Virus record (IMG/VR): IMGVR_UViG_3300037488_001694
Reading direction: 5' to 3' (one strand)
Length of the DNA: 64,000 bases
Origin: an uncultured virus (IMG/VR IMGVR_UViG_3300037488_001694)
Taxonomy: Duplodnaviria > Heunggongvirae > Uroviricota > Caudoviricetes
A model generated the notes under the pieces. That model searched no databases, was not told the origin of the DNA, and saw only the letters and a list, made by a program, of their open reading frames with translations. The first letter of the stretch is position 1. Every line of letters starts with the position of its first letter. The translations under genes and the position numbers were made by a program. Shown one piece after another: positions 27,196 through 38,205 of this stretch.

Positions 27196-28638
27196 ATGAG
27201 CGAAAAAAAATCATTGGTTGAAGATACTTTCTTACAAATGAAAAATTTGGAAGAAGTTATTAACGAAAACGCAAAAGGAATACTTGCTTCTACAATGAAG
27301 GAAGAAATCAGATCATTAGTAAAAGAGTCCCTTAACGAGCAAGACGACGAAGAGGAGATTGATGTAGATGCTGATTTTGAAGATACTGACGTATCTGATG
27401 ATGAGGTTGATAATTTCGGCGACGAAGACGAAGATGAGTTATCTATTGATGCTGACTTTGACGACGAAGACGAGGACGACACAATTGACCTAACAGGTGC
27501 ATCGGCTGAAGACGTATTAAAAGTTTTCAAAGCAATGGGTCCTGAAGATGGTGTAATTGTTAAAAAAGAAGATGGTATGATACATTTATCTGATGATAAT
27601 AACGATGTTGACTATTTTATCCAATTAAGTGAATCCGAACAAGAAGATGACGAAAAAGAAATGTTGAAAAACGATGAACTCGAAGAAAATTGGATGGATG
27701 AAGAAGATGAAACTACCGAAACTATTTACGAAATTGAGTTAGATTACGTAGATGGTGATGAGGGTGATGAATATTCTAAACACTTAGGTGGTGAAATGGA
27801 AGAACGTTATCACATGGATCGCAGACACCATGACGACGACGAAGATGAGGAAGATCTTGATTTTGAAACAAATTGGGAAGAATTAGAGGAAGAGGAAGAT
27901 GGTGACCATGAATTCGTAGTTGAATCAAAATCTAATTTCAAAGCTAAAGGAGTTGGAATGGGTAACGCATCAAAATTCAAATACGACAAAAAACCAAATC
28001 AAGGACAAGGTTTCAAAACAAAAATGAAACAAGGAACCAGAGGAGTTGGTATGGGTAAAGCGAAATTTGAATATAAGGAAGGTGAAAACATGGAGAAAGG
28101 TAAAAACACAACCGTTAAGAAAATGGAAACCAAAGAAGCGGCTCGTACGTTAGGAAATGGTTCTAATTTTAGAAAAGGTGGTTTACCTAAACCAAGAGCA
28201 CATTCAAAAGCAAACACGGCAATTAAAAAAGAAAGTGTTGACAATAGAGAATTACAAGTTCTTAGAGAAAAAAATGAAGAGTACAGAAATGCATTAAATG
28301 TATTTAGAGATAAATTGAATGAAGTTGCAGTATTCAATTCAAACTTGGCTTACGCTACACGTTTGTTTACAGAACACTCAACTACAAAACAAGAAAAAAT
28401 CAATATCTTAAAAAGATTTGATAGTGTTGAAACTCTTAAAGAATCTAAAAATTTGTATAGATCAATAAAAGACGAACTTTCAGACGTAGGTACTAAAGAT
28501 AATACGTTAACAGAATCATTTGAAAGAACTGTTGAAAAAACTCCAACATCTGGATCAGCAGTTAATTTAATTGAATCTAAAACTTATGAGAATCCTCAGT
28601 TCTTAAGAATGAAAGATTTAATGTCAAAATTAAAATAA
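27196..28638 (+). CDS. prohead scaffold/core protein
   Basis: Very acidic with a coiled-coil C-terminus; lies between the protease and major capsid genes. Confidence 0.7.
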   Translation: MSEKKSLVEDTFLQMKNLEEVINENAKGILASTMKEEIRSLVKESLNEQDDEEEIDVDADFEDTDVSDDEVDNFGDEDEDELSIDADFDDEDEDDTIDLTGASAEDVLKVFKAMGPEDGVIVKKEDGMIHLSDDNNDVDYFIQLSESEQEDDEKEMLKNDELEENWMDEEDETTETIYEIELDYVDGDEGDEYSKHLGGEMEERYHMDRRHHDDDEDEEDLDFETNWEELEEEEDGDHEFVVESKSNFKAKGVGMGNASKFKYDKKPNQGQGFKTKMKQGTRGVGMGKAKFEYKEGENMEKGKNTTVKKMETKEAARTLGNGSNFRKGGLPKPRAHSKANTAIKKESVDNRELQVLREKNEEYRNALNVFRDKLNEVAVFNSNLAYATRLFTEHSTTKQEKINILKRFDSVETLKESKNLYRSIKDELSDVGTKDNTLTESFERTVEKTPTSGSAVNLIESKTYENPQFLRMKDLMSKLK

Positions 28639-28669
28639 AATAAACAAACAAAAATAAAAAACCAAAAAA

Positions 28670-30517
28670 ATGGGAGCATTATTAGAATCAGGTCTTGTTG
28701 GTAACATCGGTTTAAAACACCTTAAAGTTATCAAAGAAGATACAATTAACAAATGGGATAAATTAGGATTCCTTGAAGGTCTTAAAGGCCACCTAAAAGA
28801 AAACGTAGCACAGTTGTATGAAAACCAAGCTTCTTTCTTGATTAACGAAGCAACTTCTGAAGGTTCTAACGGAGCATTCGAAACAGTTGTTTTCCCTATC
28901 GTAAGAAGAGTTTTCTCTAAATTGTTGGCTAACGATATCGTATCTGTACAAGCAATGAACTTACCTATCGGTAAATTGTTCTACTTTGTACCTCGTATCC
29001 AAGGATATAATGGTGGTACTGCAAACGCATCAGGTGACCACTACGCACCAATCGGAGCACCTAACGGACCTACAGCAGGTGGTACAGGTAACTCAGGACC
29101 AGGAGCAGGATATCCTGACAATGCAGGAGCATTCGGAAAAAATCTTTACGATTTATTCTATGAAGGAGCTGAAGCAGGTTTAGATCCTCCAGGATTATTT
29201 GACTACTCTAAAGGTCGTTGGTCAGCTGTTACAGCTTCAACTGCTATCCAAGTATGGTCAAATGGTACATTAATTGATTCTGCGGCACCTACAGGTAACC
29301 AAAGAAAATTAATCATCAAAATGTGTGGTTTTGCTGATACAGGAGCAGGTAAATTAATCGGTCCTGATGGAAATGAAATGGATTCAGAATCTTTCCTTTC
29401 TGACCTTAAAATCTTCACTAACTTGACAACATTCTCTTCATCTACAACTCCTTGTGATGTTGTTGGAGCAGGATCAGGTGTGGCTGTTCCATTGTTGTTT
29501 AGAGTTGTAACTCAACAATATGGTAAAGGTATCGTTTCATACGGTAACACAGTAACAACAACTTGGCCAGCAGATGGTAACGGTGGTTCATTCAAAAATA
29601 TCTGTTCTGCAGATGGATGTATCTATTTAGAAGTTGATTTATCTTGTCCAATATGTGCTACTTGTGACTCAACATCATTAGATGGTTACACAGGTACTAC
29701 TATCTATTCAGGAGCTTCAGGTACTTCTTTCGTAGCGGTATTTAGAAGATACGAAGAAATGGAATTTGAAGACAAAATCGGAGAGGTATCTTTTGATTTG
29801 GATTCAGTAACTGTTTCCGTAACTGAAAGAAAATTAAGAGCACAATGGTCTCCTGAGTTAGCTCAAGACGTTGCAGCATTCCATAACATCGACGCTGAGG
29901 CTGAGTTAACAGCATTGTTATCTGAGCAAGTAGCAGCAGAGATTGACCGTGAGATCTTACGTGACTTGAGAAAAGGAGCGGCTTGGAACTTACGTTGGGA
30001 CTACAACGGATGGAGAAGAATTTCTCAAACTACATCTTACACTCAAAAAGATTGGAACCAAACTTTGATTACAGCAATCAACCAATTGTCAGCACAAATC
30101 CACAAATCTACATTGAGAGGTGGAGCTAACTGGATCGTTGTATCTTCTGAGGTTTCAGCAATCTTTGATGACTTAGAATACTTCCACGTATCTAACGCAT
30201 CTCCTGAGCAAGATCAGTATAACATGGGTATCGAAAGAGTTGGTACTTTAGCAGGACGTTACCAAGTGTACCGTGATCCTTACTTCCCACCAAACCAAGT
30301 TTTGATTGGACACAAAGGAACATCATTGTTAGACACAGGTTACATCTACGCACCGTACGTACCTCTACAATTGACACCTACAATGTACAATCCATTCAAC
30401 TTTACACCTATCAAAGGTATTATGACAAGATACGCTAAGAAAATGGTTAATAACCGTTTCTACGGACGTATCACAGTTGATGGAGTTAGAACATTTGACT
30501 TGAGAGAATTGAGATAA
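28670..30517 (+). CDS. major capsid protein (T4 gp23-like)
   Basis: VSVQAMNLP, RKLRAQWSPELAQD...HNIDAEAEL...EIDREI, YAPYVPL, PIKGIMTRY. Confidence 0.95.
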   Translation: MGALLESGLVGNIGLKHLKVIKEDTINKWDKLGFLEGLKGHLKENVAQLYENQASFLINEATSEGSNGAFETVVFPIVRRVFSKLLANDIVSVQAMNLPIGKLFYFVPRIQGYNGGTANASGDHYAPIGAPNGPTAGGTGNSGPGAGYPDNAGAFGKNLYDLFYEGAEAGLDPPGLFDYSKGRWSAVTASTAIQVWSNGTLIDSAAPTGNQRKLIIKMCGFADTGAGKLIGPDGNEMDSESFLSDLKIFTNLTTFSSSTTPCDVVGAGSGVAVPLLFRVVTQQYGKGIVSYGNTVTTTWPADGNGGSFKNICSADGCIYLEVDLSCPICATCDSTSLDGYTGTTIYSGASGTSFVAVFRRYEEMEFEDKIGEVSFDLDSVTVSVTERKLRAQWSPELAQDVAAFHNIDAEAELTALLSEQVAAEIDREILRDLRKGAAWNLRWDYNGWRRISQTTSYTQKDWNQTLITAINQLSAQIHKSTLRGGANWIVVSSEVSAIFDDLEYFHVSNASPEQDQYNMGIERVGTLAGRYQVYRDPYFPPNQVLIGHKGTSLLDTGYIYAPYVPLQLTPTMYNPFNFTPIKGIMTRYAKKMVNNRFYGRITVDGVRTFDLRELR

Positions 30518-30537
30518 TCAATTAAACCGAATAAGAG

Positions 30538-30567
30538 AAAGGAGACAAGAAATTGTCTCCTTTTTTT
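30538..30567 (+). terminator. terminator after major capsid gene
   Basis: AAAGGAGACAA-GAAA-TTGTCTCCTTT followed by a T tract. Confidence 0.85.
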
Positions 30568-30569
30568 GT

Positions 30570-30788
30570 TTACTCACTTTTTGATAAAGTTCTTATTGCT
30601 TTAGAAATAACTTCAGATTCACCTATAGTAAAAGCACCTCTTTGATGTGCAGATTTTACTGCTTCTACTAAATAATGAACTGAATGATCTTTATCCATTG
30701 TCATTAGAATTGCATCTAAATGACTTTCATTTAATAAATCTATGGAACCAAATAAATTACCATAGATTACACCATCTTTTTGTTCCAT
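30570..30788 (-). CDS. hypothetical protein
   Basis: 72-aa ORF. Confidence 0.65.
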   Translation of the reverse strand: MEQKDGVIYGNLFGSIDLLNESHLDAILMTMDKDHSVHYLVEAVKSAHQRGAFTIGESEVISKAIRTLSKSE

Positions 30789-30817
30789 TTTAGTTATTGT
30801 TGATATTTATAATAATA

Positions 30818-31489
30818 ATGATAAGTGATCAAAAAATAAAAGAAATAATAAAGGAAGCCACTTCTACAAGTGGTAGCCGAGGATCATATGTTGGACCTTT
30901 ACAAATTGGTATTCGTTTATTTGAAAAAAATAAATTAGGTCCATTTACAATACCTGTGTCAGATTATGATAGTCCAGAATTAGAATATGATAGTTATGAT
31001 GGTAAAATGGATACACCAAAGAAAAAGATAAAACCATTAGAAAAAAAAGCTAAAAAAATATCAAATTATATGAAAAACCATCCGGAATTAACATCAAGTG
31101 ATGAAGATGGAAATGTAATAAATCCATTCCCAAGTAAATTAAATGAGGATCTAGCCGTTTGGTTTGGTACTAAAAAGAAACCAAAAGGGTCTAAACAACC
31201 TAAAGGTCCATGGGTTGATATTTGTCGTAAGGTTGATGGTAAACATCCTCCTTGTGGTAGAAGTGATGCCGATAAAGGTTCTTATCCTAAATGTAGGGCC
31301 TCTGGTGTTGCGGGTAAAATGAGTGACTCAGAAAAAAAATCTGCGTGTCAACAAAAAAGAAAGGCCGAAAAAAATGATCCTCAGTCAGGTAAAGGTCAAA
31401 AACCCGTAATGACTTCACATAAAACAAAAAAGGAATCCGTAGATTCCTTAGTTGATAAAATTTTATTTGAAATTAGAAATACGTTCTAA
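30818..31489 (+). CDS. hypothetical protein with basic Cys-containing domain
   Basis: ATG 30818 after TATTTAT; WVDIC...PCGRS...YPKCR motif. Confidence 0.7.
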   Translation: MISDQKIKEIIKEATSTSGSRGSYVGPLQIGIRLFEKNKLGPFTIPVSDYDSPELEYDSYDGKMDTPKKKIKPLEKKAKKISNYMKNHPELTSSDEDGNVINPFPSKLNEDLAVWFGTKKKPKGSKQPKGPWVDICRKVDGKHPPCGRSDADKGSYPKCRASGVAGKMSDSEKKSACQQKRKAEKNDPQSGKGQKPVMTSHKTKKESVDSLVDKILFEIRNTF

Positions 31490-31879
31490 TACCGTATATA
31501 ATGAATTTTTAATCTGTGAGTTAACCTCTTGTTCCATCTCTGTACGTCTCTTTTCCGTTTCCGTATCAAAAATGTATACAATTCTTTGCCAATCTCTTTG
31601 TGATAATCTAATATTATAATTAAATACATGATTAGTTATCTCAATTCTACCAAAATCCATTGTAACAAACATTTGAAATTTTTCATTTCTAATGTATCTT
31701 TTTTCAGACATCGGAGCAATCATGAATTCTGAATCGGGATTTGATATTAATTTCAAACATATTTTAAAACAAGCTTTCTCATAACTTGCTACTTCTTCTT
31801 GATATGTTTTTAATAATCTGGTTTTTGTATGCCACAAAAACAATTTTAATTTAATTCTTTTAAATAATCTAGTTATCAT
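31463..31879 (-). CDS. hypothetical protein
   Basis: 138-aa ORF; TATATTTG promoter upstream on the minus strand. Confidence 0.7.
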   Translation of the reverse strand: MITRLFKRIKLKLFLWHTKTRLLKTYQEEVASYEKACFKICLKLISNPDSEFMIAPMSEKRYIRNEKFQMFVTMDFGRIEITNHVFNYNIRLSQRDWQRIVYIFDTETEKRRTEMEQEVNSQIKNSLYTVLERISNFK

Positions 31880-31943
31880 ATTTTTTGTTTATGGTACAAA
31901 TATAGATAAAAAAATAAATAAAAAAAAATTTCCAGAAAAATTT

Positions 31944-32432
31944 TTAACAATAACTTCCTGAACAGTGTTTTTTACCGTCCAAACCTTTTATCTTACCTTT
32001 ACAAACTTGAACGGCATATCCGTTAGCATATGCGGATGGATAAACATCAAATTTTGATTTTGCTGCGGATTTACCTCTAGCACAAAGTGGTGTTCCTGTT
32101 TTCTTACGACCTTCCATCATGACCATATCTTTATCATCAATATTCATTGATAATTCCATACCGTCTTTTTTTGTTTCATTCATTAAGAAATCAAACACTT
32201 GGTCCATATTATTTTTTGCCTCAGAAATATGATCTTGAGCCCAATCGTGACCATTCTCTAAAATAGATTCAACCATTTCAGGATCTAAATCTAACAATAG
32301 GTCACATTGTCTTCTCATTTGTTCTAAATTAGAAAAGAACATATATCTATTACCACGATCCTCATTTTCTTTAAGGATTTTTTTAATGATCAAATTAAGA
32401 TCAGATTCTTTTAATTTAATTACTTTTTTCAT
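31944..32432 (-). CDS. hypothetical protein with MKKVIKLKESDL leader and PSAYANG motif (DUF5872-like)
   Basis: AKSKFDVYPSAYANGYAVQ motif. Confidence 0.65.
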   Translation of the reverse strand: MKKVIKLKESDLNLIIKKILKENEDRGNRYMFFSNLEQMRRQCDLLLDLDPEMVESILENGHDWAQDHISEAKNNMDQVFDFLMNETKKDGMELSMNIDDKDMVMMEGRKKTGTPLCARGKSAAKSKFDVYPSAYANGYAVQVCKGKIKGLDGKKHCSGSYC

Positions 32433-32435
32433 AGT

Positions 32436-32630
32436 TTAACCATTTAATCCGTTACCCCCAATGAGTACCATGTTTAATTGTACCACATCACCACCATCTT
32501 GACTACTCCAAGTTGGATGAGGTGGGTTTACAGATACTACAGTAGAACCAGTTGCTCCCGTAGTACATATTTGAACACAAACCGTTGAAAGTGTGTTTGC
32601 GCTTGTTGTTGTTAATTCTCCGTCTCCCAT
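32436..32630 (-). CDS. small hypothetical protein
   Basis: 64-aa ORF in operon. Confidence 0.6.
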   Translation of the reverse strand: MGDGELTTTSANTLSTVCVQICTTGATGSTVVSVNPPHPTWSSQDGGDVVQLNMVLIGGNGLNG

Positions 32631-32645
32631 GACTTTTGTTTTTTA

Positions 32646-34103
32646 TTATTTTTTATTTACGATTTGAAACTTAATCTGTTTCTTATAAGTATTAACCTCA
32701 CCACTACTTAACACTTTTATGTCAATAAAATATTCGTTAGGTATTTTATCTCTTGTATCAAATATAAAGTAATATTCATTAGGGGTTCTATTAATTTTGG
32801 TCCAATCTTGTACTTGTACTTCAGTAGAACCTTCTTTCACATAAACTCTATAAGAAGCATCTACTTTAAGTAAAAGTTGATTAGTCGTATATGCCTTTTT
32901 AATAACCACACCTACTTTACGAACATCGGTATTTAATATTTTTTCGTCTTGTTTAATACCATAGAAATCAAATCCGTAAATTGATGGTTCCTGTGATAAT
33001 GTACCAATCTGTAAAGATTTCTGTAATGGGTATATTGCAAACTCATTAGTAACATTTGGTAATGGGAATCCATTCAAATAAAGGTTACTCCAAACATCAT
33101 TAAATAAACAAGGTGTTTTATATCCAATCAGTGGGGGAATAACAACTTCATATATACCTTTTGCTCTACGACAAGTCGTTAAACCTGTTAACCCTGGTAT
33201 GGCAGTACAAGAGGTATCTCTAATTTCCACAACAGGATCAAAATCCAAATTTTGGAAGTCACCATCTTCATAAACATAAAGATATAATTTGTTAACTTTA
33301 CCTAACACAAATAAATTTCTATCATCTTCAATTAGGTCATCATAGTTTGTTTGTAAGAATGGTTCGTAGAATGTTTGGGTATGTCTTGTGAAAAATCCCA
33401 CAGAATACGTTCCGGTGGTCCCTGAGATGTTTTCTACTTGTGGTAGATAAGCAATACCCCAACCAACAGGATCAGGGATAGAACCATCTAATATTGAGTT
33501 AATTTCATTTGTCATGTTAAACTCAATATTTTCATCCCCAAATTCAAAGTGTTGGGTATCCACAATTTGTAGTTGATTATAATTAAACAACCCATTATTA
33601 GTATTACTATAAACACCAGGTTCTTGCCAAGTATCTATTGTTGTGGTTGCCGACCAATTTGATGGTCTATCTGAATAATTTTTATCTTCAAATATTACGG
33701 TACTTGTTGGGATATAATCATACCCCACACCTTCATCCCAATTTTGTGAAGTTCCCGATACGGAATTAAGTGGTATTCTAAATAAGAATAAATCAAATGA
33801 TGTTGCTCTATATCTTCCTTGTGATGTTGATGTATTTAAGAAGTCCTTATCAAAATATGATGTGTTAGTCATATTTAATGTGTGTGTCATTGCTGACGTA
33901 CATCCTGTTGATATGGTACCATCATTAATTTTTTGAGTTAGTAAACTTAGATCAATATCAAAAATAAATCTGCTAAACCCTCTTGGGTTAACAATACCAT
34001 CCTCACCATAATATAATTCCATTACAGGGTTTCTACCTGTATTTGTTAGATTATTATATATTATAGTGTTATTCCTACTAAAATATGAATTATTAATTGA
34101 CAT
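32646..34103 (-). CDS. hypothetical structural protein
   Basis: 485 aa, beta-rich; TATTTAT upstream (34117-34123, minus). Confidence 0.7.
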   Translation of the reverse strand: MSINNSYFSRNNTIIYNNLTNTGRNPVMELYYGEDGIVNPRGFSRFIFDIDLSLLTQKINDGTISTGCTSAMTHTLNMTNTSYFDKDFLNTSTSQGRYRATSFDLFLFRIPLNSVSGTSQNWDEGVGYDYIPTSTVIFEDKNYSDRPSNWSATTTIDTWQEPGVYSNTNNGLFNYNQLQIVDTQHFEFGDENIEFNMTNEINSILDGSIPDPVGWGIAYLPQVENISGTTGTYSVGFFTRHTQTFYEPFLQTNYDDLIEDDRNLFVLGKVNKLYLYVYEDGDFQNLDFDPVVEIRDTSCTAIPGLTGLTTCRRAKGIYEVVIPPLIGYKTPCLFNDVWSNLYLNGFPLPNVTNEFAIYPLQKSLQIGTLSQEPSIYGFDFYGIKQDEKILNTDVRKVGVVIKKAYTTNQLLLKVDASYRVYVKEGSTEVQVQDWTKINRTPNEYYFIFDTRDKIPNEYFIDIKVLSSGEVNTYKKQIKFQIVNKK

Positions 34104-34123
34104 TATACTTTTTTATATAAATA

Positions 34124-35662
34124 TCAATTAATTCGGATATTTTGATTTAGAATGTTATTTTCAGCGTTATTAATAGTTTCTTGAATTTTTCTACCTGAAA
34201 CTCCGGCATTAGGGTATTCTTTAATTGGTGGTAAACCAGGGAAAGCGTGTACGTGTGTTAACATGAAGTCAACTATCTGATTTAATAAAACCATAAGTTC
34301 TTCACCCCTAACCATAGAGTTTGTTCTATTGTATATATCTATCGCTAGTTTAGATTGGGGGATACCATACAGAGTATCCTTTAAATCTATTTGGAATTTA
34401 TTCTTAGATTTATTTGTTAATAAATATAGTTTGTCTCCACCCAATACTGAGTAAGTCACGGGTTGTACTAAGTAATCACGTTTTTCTATCTCAACACTTT
34501 TAAGTTCTGGTAATATACCTAATTTCTCAGGGGATCTTTTCCAAACTAAACCAAAACCTCTTTCATCATATGCATAACTTAAAGAAACTTTGTTATTTAA
34601 TAACATAACTTTACTTGATTGTAATATATTGGATGTCGCATTTGCTAATGATGCAAACCCTGTTACAATGTATTCATAGGTTGTTTGATCAGGACCATAA
34701 AAGAACGGAAACTGATTACTAATTGTTTGATTTGGATACCCTAAAGATGGGTCCCAAGAAATTTCACCTTCATTTACACCTCTTATCAATTCATTAATAA
34801 TGGTGGAAGCATCACTTAACGATTTACCCGTAAATGTAATTTCATAAATGGGACTTATTGTTTGACCAGCAAGTAAATCAATACTTTGATTAATAACGGA
34901 TACTTTGTAATTATCATTATTACCCGGTAATGAATACACACTTACTTTACCATCATATGTTGCTGAAACCGAATTTAAGTTAGTGACAGACCACTGAACA
35001 TATGTTTTTGTTGAGATATCCTCAAATGTCTCTGAAGTAACTGTTTCAGTTCCGTTATTAACGTTTTCTAATTCAAAACTTGAGATCTGTAAGAAACTTC
35101 TTAAATCATTTCTAACAACAGGTATGTTATTATTCCCTGAAGATAATGTTTTACCTGCTCGTATTAAAACTTCATTTTCTTTAACCACAACATCGGCAGT
35201 ACCTCTACCTAAAACGGCATTATCTCCTGGTAATGGATAAACACCAGTTAAAGATACGTTAACTTTACCTGTTGTTGGATCTATAGGAGAAAATGCTTGT
35301 TGTAGTTTTTCACCACTTGCCAACACTGATTGGGCATTATTATAATCTTCTTTTTTATTATTCCACGGACGACTTATTGGTCCTTGAATATAAAATTTGT
35401 TTGCATCAATAGGTTCTGCCTTATTGGAATAGAATATGTGAACATATTCACCAACTTGAGGAATTTGATTAAAGTAGTAAGGTATTAATGGGGTAAAAAT
35501 TAACGGGTCATTTTCTTTCCATTTATCTGTTTTTGGATTGAAGTTTTCGGGATAAATATATGCCTGTACTTCGTCCTTAGGTTCGACCCTAATACGACCA
35601 ATTAATAAAGGATCATCAATATCTGTGACCCTACCAAAAAATATAATTTTATTATTTTCCAT
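34124..35662 (-). CDS. baseplate hub/spike protein (gp5/VgrG-like)
   Basis: N-terminal GRVTDIDDPLLIGRIRV OB-fold motif; C-terminal HVH metal-binding tip motif. Confidence 0.7.
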   Translation of the reverse strand: MENNKIIFFGRVTDIDDPLLIGRIRVEPKDEVQAYIYPENFNPKTDKWKENDPLIFTPLIPYYFNQIPQVGEYVHIFYSNKAEPIDANKFYIQGPISRPWNNKKEDYNNAQSVLASGEKLQQAFSPIDPTTGKVNVSLTGVYPLPGDNAVLGRGTADVVVKENEVLIRAGKTLSSGNNNIPVVRNDLRSFLQISSFELENVNNGTETVTSETFEDISTKTYVQWSVTNLNSVSATYDGKVSVYSLPGNNDNYKVSVINQSIDLLAGQTISPIYEITFTGKSLSDASTIINELIRGVNEGEISWDPSLGYPNQTISNQFPFFYGPDQTTYEYIVTGFASLANATSNILQSSKVMLLNNKVSLSYAYDERGFGLVWKRSPEKLGILPELKSVEIEKRDYLVQPVTYSVLGGDKLYLLTNKSKNKFQIDLKDTLYGIPQSKLAIDIYNRTNSMVRGEELMVLLNQIVDFMLTHVHAFPGLPPIKEYPNAGVSGRKIQETINNAENNILNQNIRIN

Positions 35663-35879
35663 TTCTTGACTTATACTCCTTTAATATTGTATTATACGCA
35701 ACTTCTAATTTATCTAAATGATCGGTCATTTTAATTAAACTTTCTTTAGTTAATTCAAAATCCTTTTTAACAAATTCCAACGCAACTACCAAATCTTTAT
35801 TTGACCTTGTTTTATGTTCTCTAATGATTTCAGATATTTCATTAGCCGTAACTTTAATATTTTCACTATTATATTCCAT
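35652..35879 (-). CDS. small coiled-coil protein
   Basis: 75-aa ORF. Confidence 0.65.
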   Translation of the reverse strand: MEYNSENIKVTANEISEIIREHKTRSNKDLVVALEFVKKDFELTKESLIKMTDHLDKLEVAYNTILKEYKSRNGK

Positions 35880-35882
35880 AAT

Positions 35883-37814
35883 TTATAATTTTTTTCCGTA
35901 AACTACTTGAGGTATTGTTGTACCAATAGGTAGAACACTTAATGGGTCCACCGCAATTTGCACCTGACCATTTTTTGTTTCTTCTTCATCAATCGCCCCA
36001 ATTATTGCATCTGCCGCGGCTAAAAATAAATTCGGACTTCCATCGGGCATAGGACCTGTAGGTAACCCTAATTCATCAAACCTCTCAATGACCTTTAACA
36101 TTGTTCTTGTTTTTGAAAACCCTGTTAAAACTCTACTTGCAACCAATAAAGGATATGGTAAAGGTTTCTTTTGCGCCTTCATCGCCTTTTCAACTAGACT
36201 TAAAACAGACAATAAATCATCTATAACACTTTTACACTGTCTAAAATCCGTCACCAATTTTGTTATTAATGCAACTAAAGACAAAACTAATAATGATTTC
36301 TTTACAACGGATTCATTCTTTATATCCGCCAATATTGATTGTGTTAAAGCAATAATGTCCGCTTTTATAATATCAAATAATATCTTCACAAAAAGAGCCA
36401 TTACCTTAGACGCTAATTGAACTATATAAGTTTTAAATTGTTTCGCAAAATCCATCAAAGAATTAACCGAGTCTACGGTATCTTGACCTAATGATTTGGA
36501 CATAACCATTATTGGGAGAATTGTTTTTGGAGATAATATTGTCATTAATAATGCTCTTGGATACTCTTTTAGAAAATTAAGATCTATGTTAAGACCTCTT
36601 CTTTCAAATGGTTTTGTAATATTCTCAGCGGCATTATTGATCTCATTATTATTATTTGATCCGGGAGTAAATGTCAAACTTTCTAAAGTATCTAATACCG
36701 CATTCACATCAATTGGTAATTTAACGGTACCACAATCCTCAAATTCAACAACACCTAATTTAATATCCGATATGACAGAATCTATATATCTTAAATCAAC
36801 CTCATTAAATTCAAAAAAAGCATCATCAACAACATCGGTTTGAGATATTTTTGCAACACCAGAAACATCAATCTCTTTAGTTTCATCAAAACACATACCA
36901 AAGATACGTTTCATTATCATTAAAAATTTGGTAAAATCAATTAATTTTTTATCTCCATCTTTTTTTTCAATTGAGATGGCTCCGGTTAATTGATTTATTA
37001 AATTTGTGAATAAGTATTGATAGTCAATTAAATCTATTGAGGAATAATAATCTTTGAAAAATTCCGATACTTTGTTAGTGTTATTTGATCTTGGTTTTAG
37101 ATCCACTTTAAAAAAATTACCAATAACTAAATTACCACCAATGGCAGTGTAATTTTCCACATATGTAATATCAAATAAATCTTGGGTGGACGGACCTTTA
37201 TAATCAACACCAGCAAAAGATGGTGACGAATATGGAACATTAATGTTTTGTATTCTATTATATAACTCCTTATTCATTGAAAATGGGATAGAGTTATAAT
37301 TTATTGGATTTTTTTCGTAAGATATTTTACCAACAGCCTCATTTGGATCTTCCTTTAAGAGACCAAGAAAATCGATAGCACCTACCTTTATATAAACCGT
37401 TGTATTAGCAGGAAATTCTTGTTCTGATTCACACCCAACGGCTTTTACACCCAATTCTGATATGATATCAAAAATTTGAGGTTTTATTTGTTCTATTGCG
37501 GTAACAAATGTTTTTTTTAAATATTTTGCGGTTTTTTTATCTCCATTTTTTTGAGTTAGAAATTTAATTTCTAACATTTGATCAAATTGAGTTTTAAAAT
37601 CTTTTTGAAATTTTTGTTTTGCCTTTTCCGCAGATGATAATTGTTTGTTAGCAAATTTACCAAATTTACTTTCTAAACCACCACCCCAATCTTCAAATGA
37701 GTCACCGGCTTTTTTCTCAAGTTGTTTTATATCTTTTTTAACTTGATTATATTTTTGTTTTGTGGTAACTTCTTTCTTAATTTTTTTATATCCGTCATCT
37801 ATATCTAATGGCAT
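35883..37814 (-). CDS. hypothetical protein
   Basis: 643-aa ORF. Confidence 0.75.
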   Translation of the reverse strand: MPLDIDDGYKKIKKEVTTKQKYNQVKKDIKQLEKKAGDSFEDWGGGLESKFGKFANKQLSSAEKAKQKFQKDFKTQFDQMLEIKFLTQKNGDKKTAKYLKKTFVTAIEQIKPQIFDIISELGVKAVGCESEQEFPANTTVYIKVGAIDFLGLLKEDPNEAVGKISYEKNPINYNSIPFSMNKELYNRIQNINVPYSSPSFAGVDYKGPSTQDLFDITYVENYTAIGGNLVIGNFFKVDLKPRSNNTNKVSEFFKDYYSSIDLIDYQYLFTNLINQLTGAISIEKKDGDKKLIDFTKFLMIMKRIFGMCFDETKEIDVSGVAKISQTDVVDDAFFEFNEVDLRYIDSVISDIKLGVVEFEDCGTVKLPIDVNAVLDTLESLTFTPGSNNNNEINNAAENITKPFERRGLNIDLNFLKEYPRALLMTILSPKTILPIMVMSKSLGQDTVDSVNSLMDFAKQFKTYIVQLASKVMALFVKILFDIIKADIIALTQSILADIKNESVVKKSLLVLSLVALITKLVTDFRQCKSVIDDLLSVLSLVEKAMKAQKKPLPYPLLVASRVLTGFSKTRTMLKVIERFDELGLPTGPMPDGSPNLFLAAADAIIGAIDEEETKNGQVQIAVDPLSVLPIGTTIPQVVYGKKL

Positions 37815-37816
37815 AA

Positions 37817-38185
37817 TTATTTCATTTTATAATTTTTATCATCAGAAATATCTTTATGTATTAAATTTTGGATTGTTTCGTCATCAAGATCCATATCGGA
37901 TAAAGTAAAATCATCTTCTTTTTCCGTTGATTTTTGCCAAATTTGAGCCTGTAATTTTGATAATGATAATTTTTTCTCAACACAATCATTAATAATTTTT
38001 TGTTGTTTTTCAATAACAGGTCCAATAAGAGTCATATCTTCAGGTTCTTTCATCATTGTCAACATCTTGTTTTGAATTCTAATTGCAGTGTTTCTTTGTT
38101 CTACTAATTCATTGTAGATTTCCTGCATTAAGGATAACATTGAATCCTTAGTTAAATTAATCGTTTTTTTACTCGGTCTTGGCAT
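37817..38185 (-). CDS. hypothetical coiled-coil protein
   Basis: 122-aa ORF; TATTTAT upstream. Confidence 0.7.
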   Translation of the reverse strand: MPRPSKKTINLTKDSMLSLMQEIYNELVEQRNTAIRIQNKMLTMMKEPEDMTLIGPVIEKQQKIINDCVEKKLSLSKLQAQIWQKSTEKEDDFTLSDMDLDDETIQNLIHKDISDDKNYKMK

Positions 38186-38205
38186 ACTTATAAATATTGG
38201 TTTTT

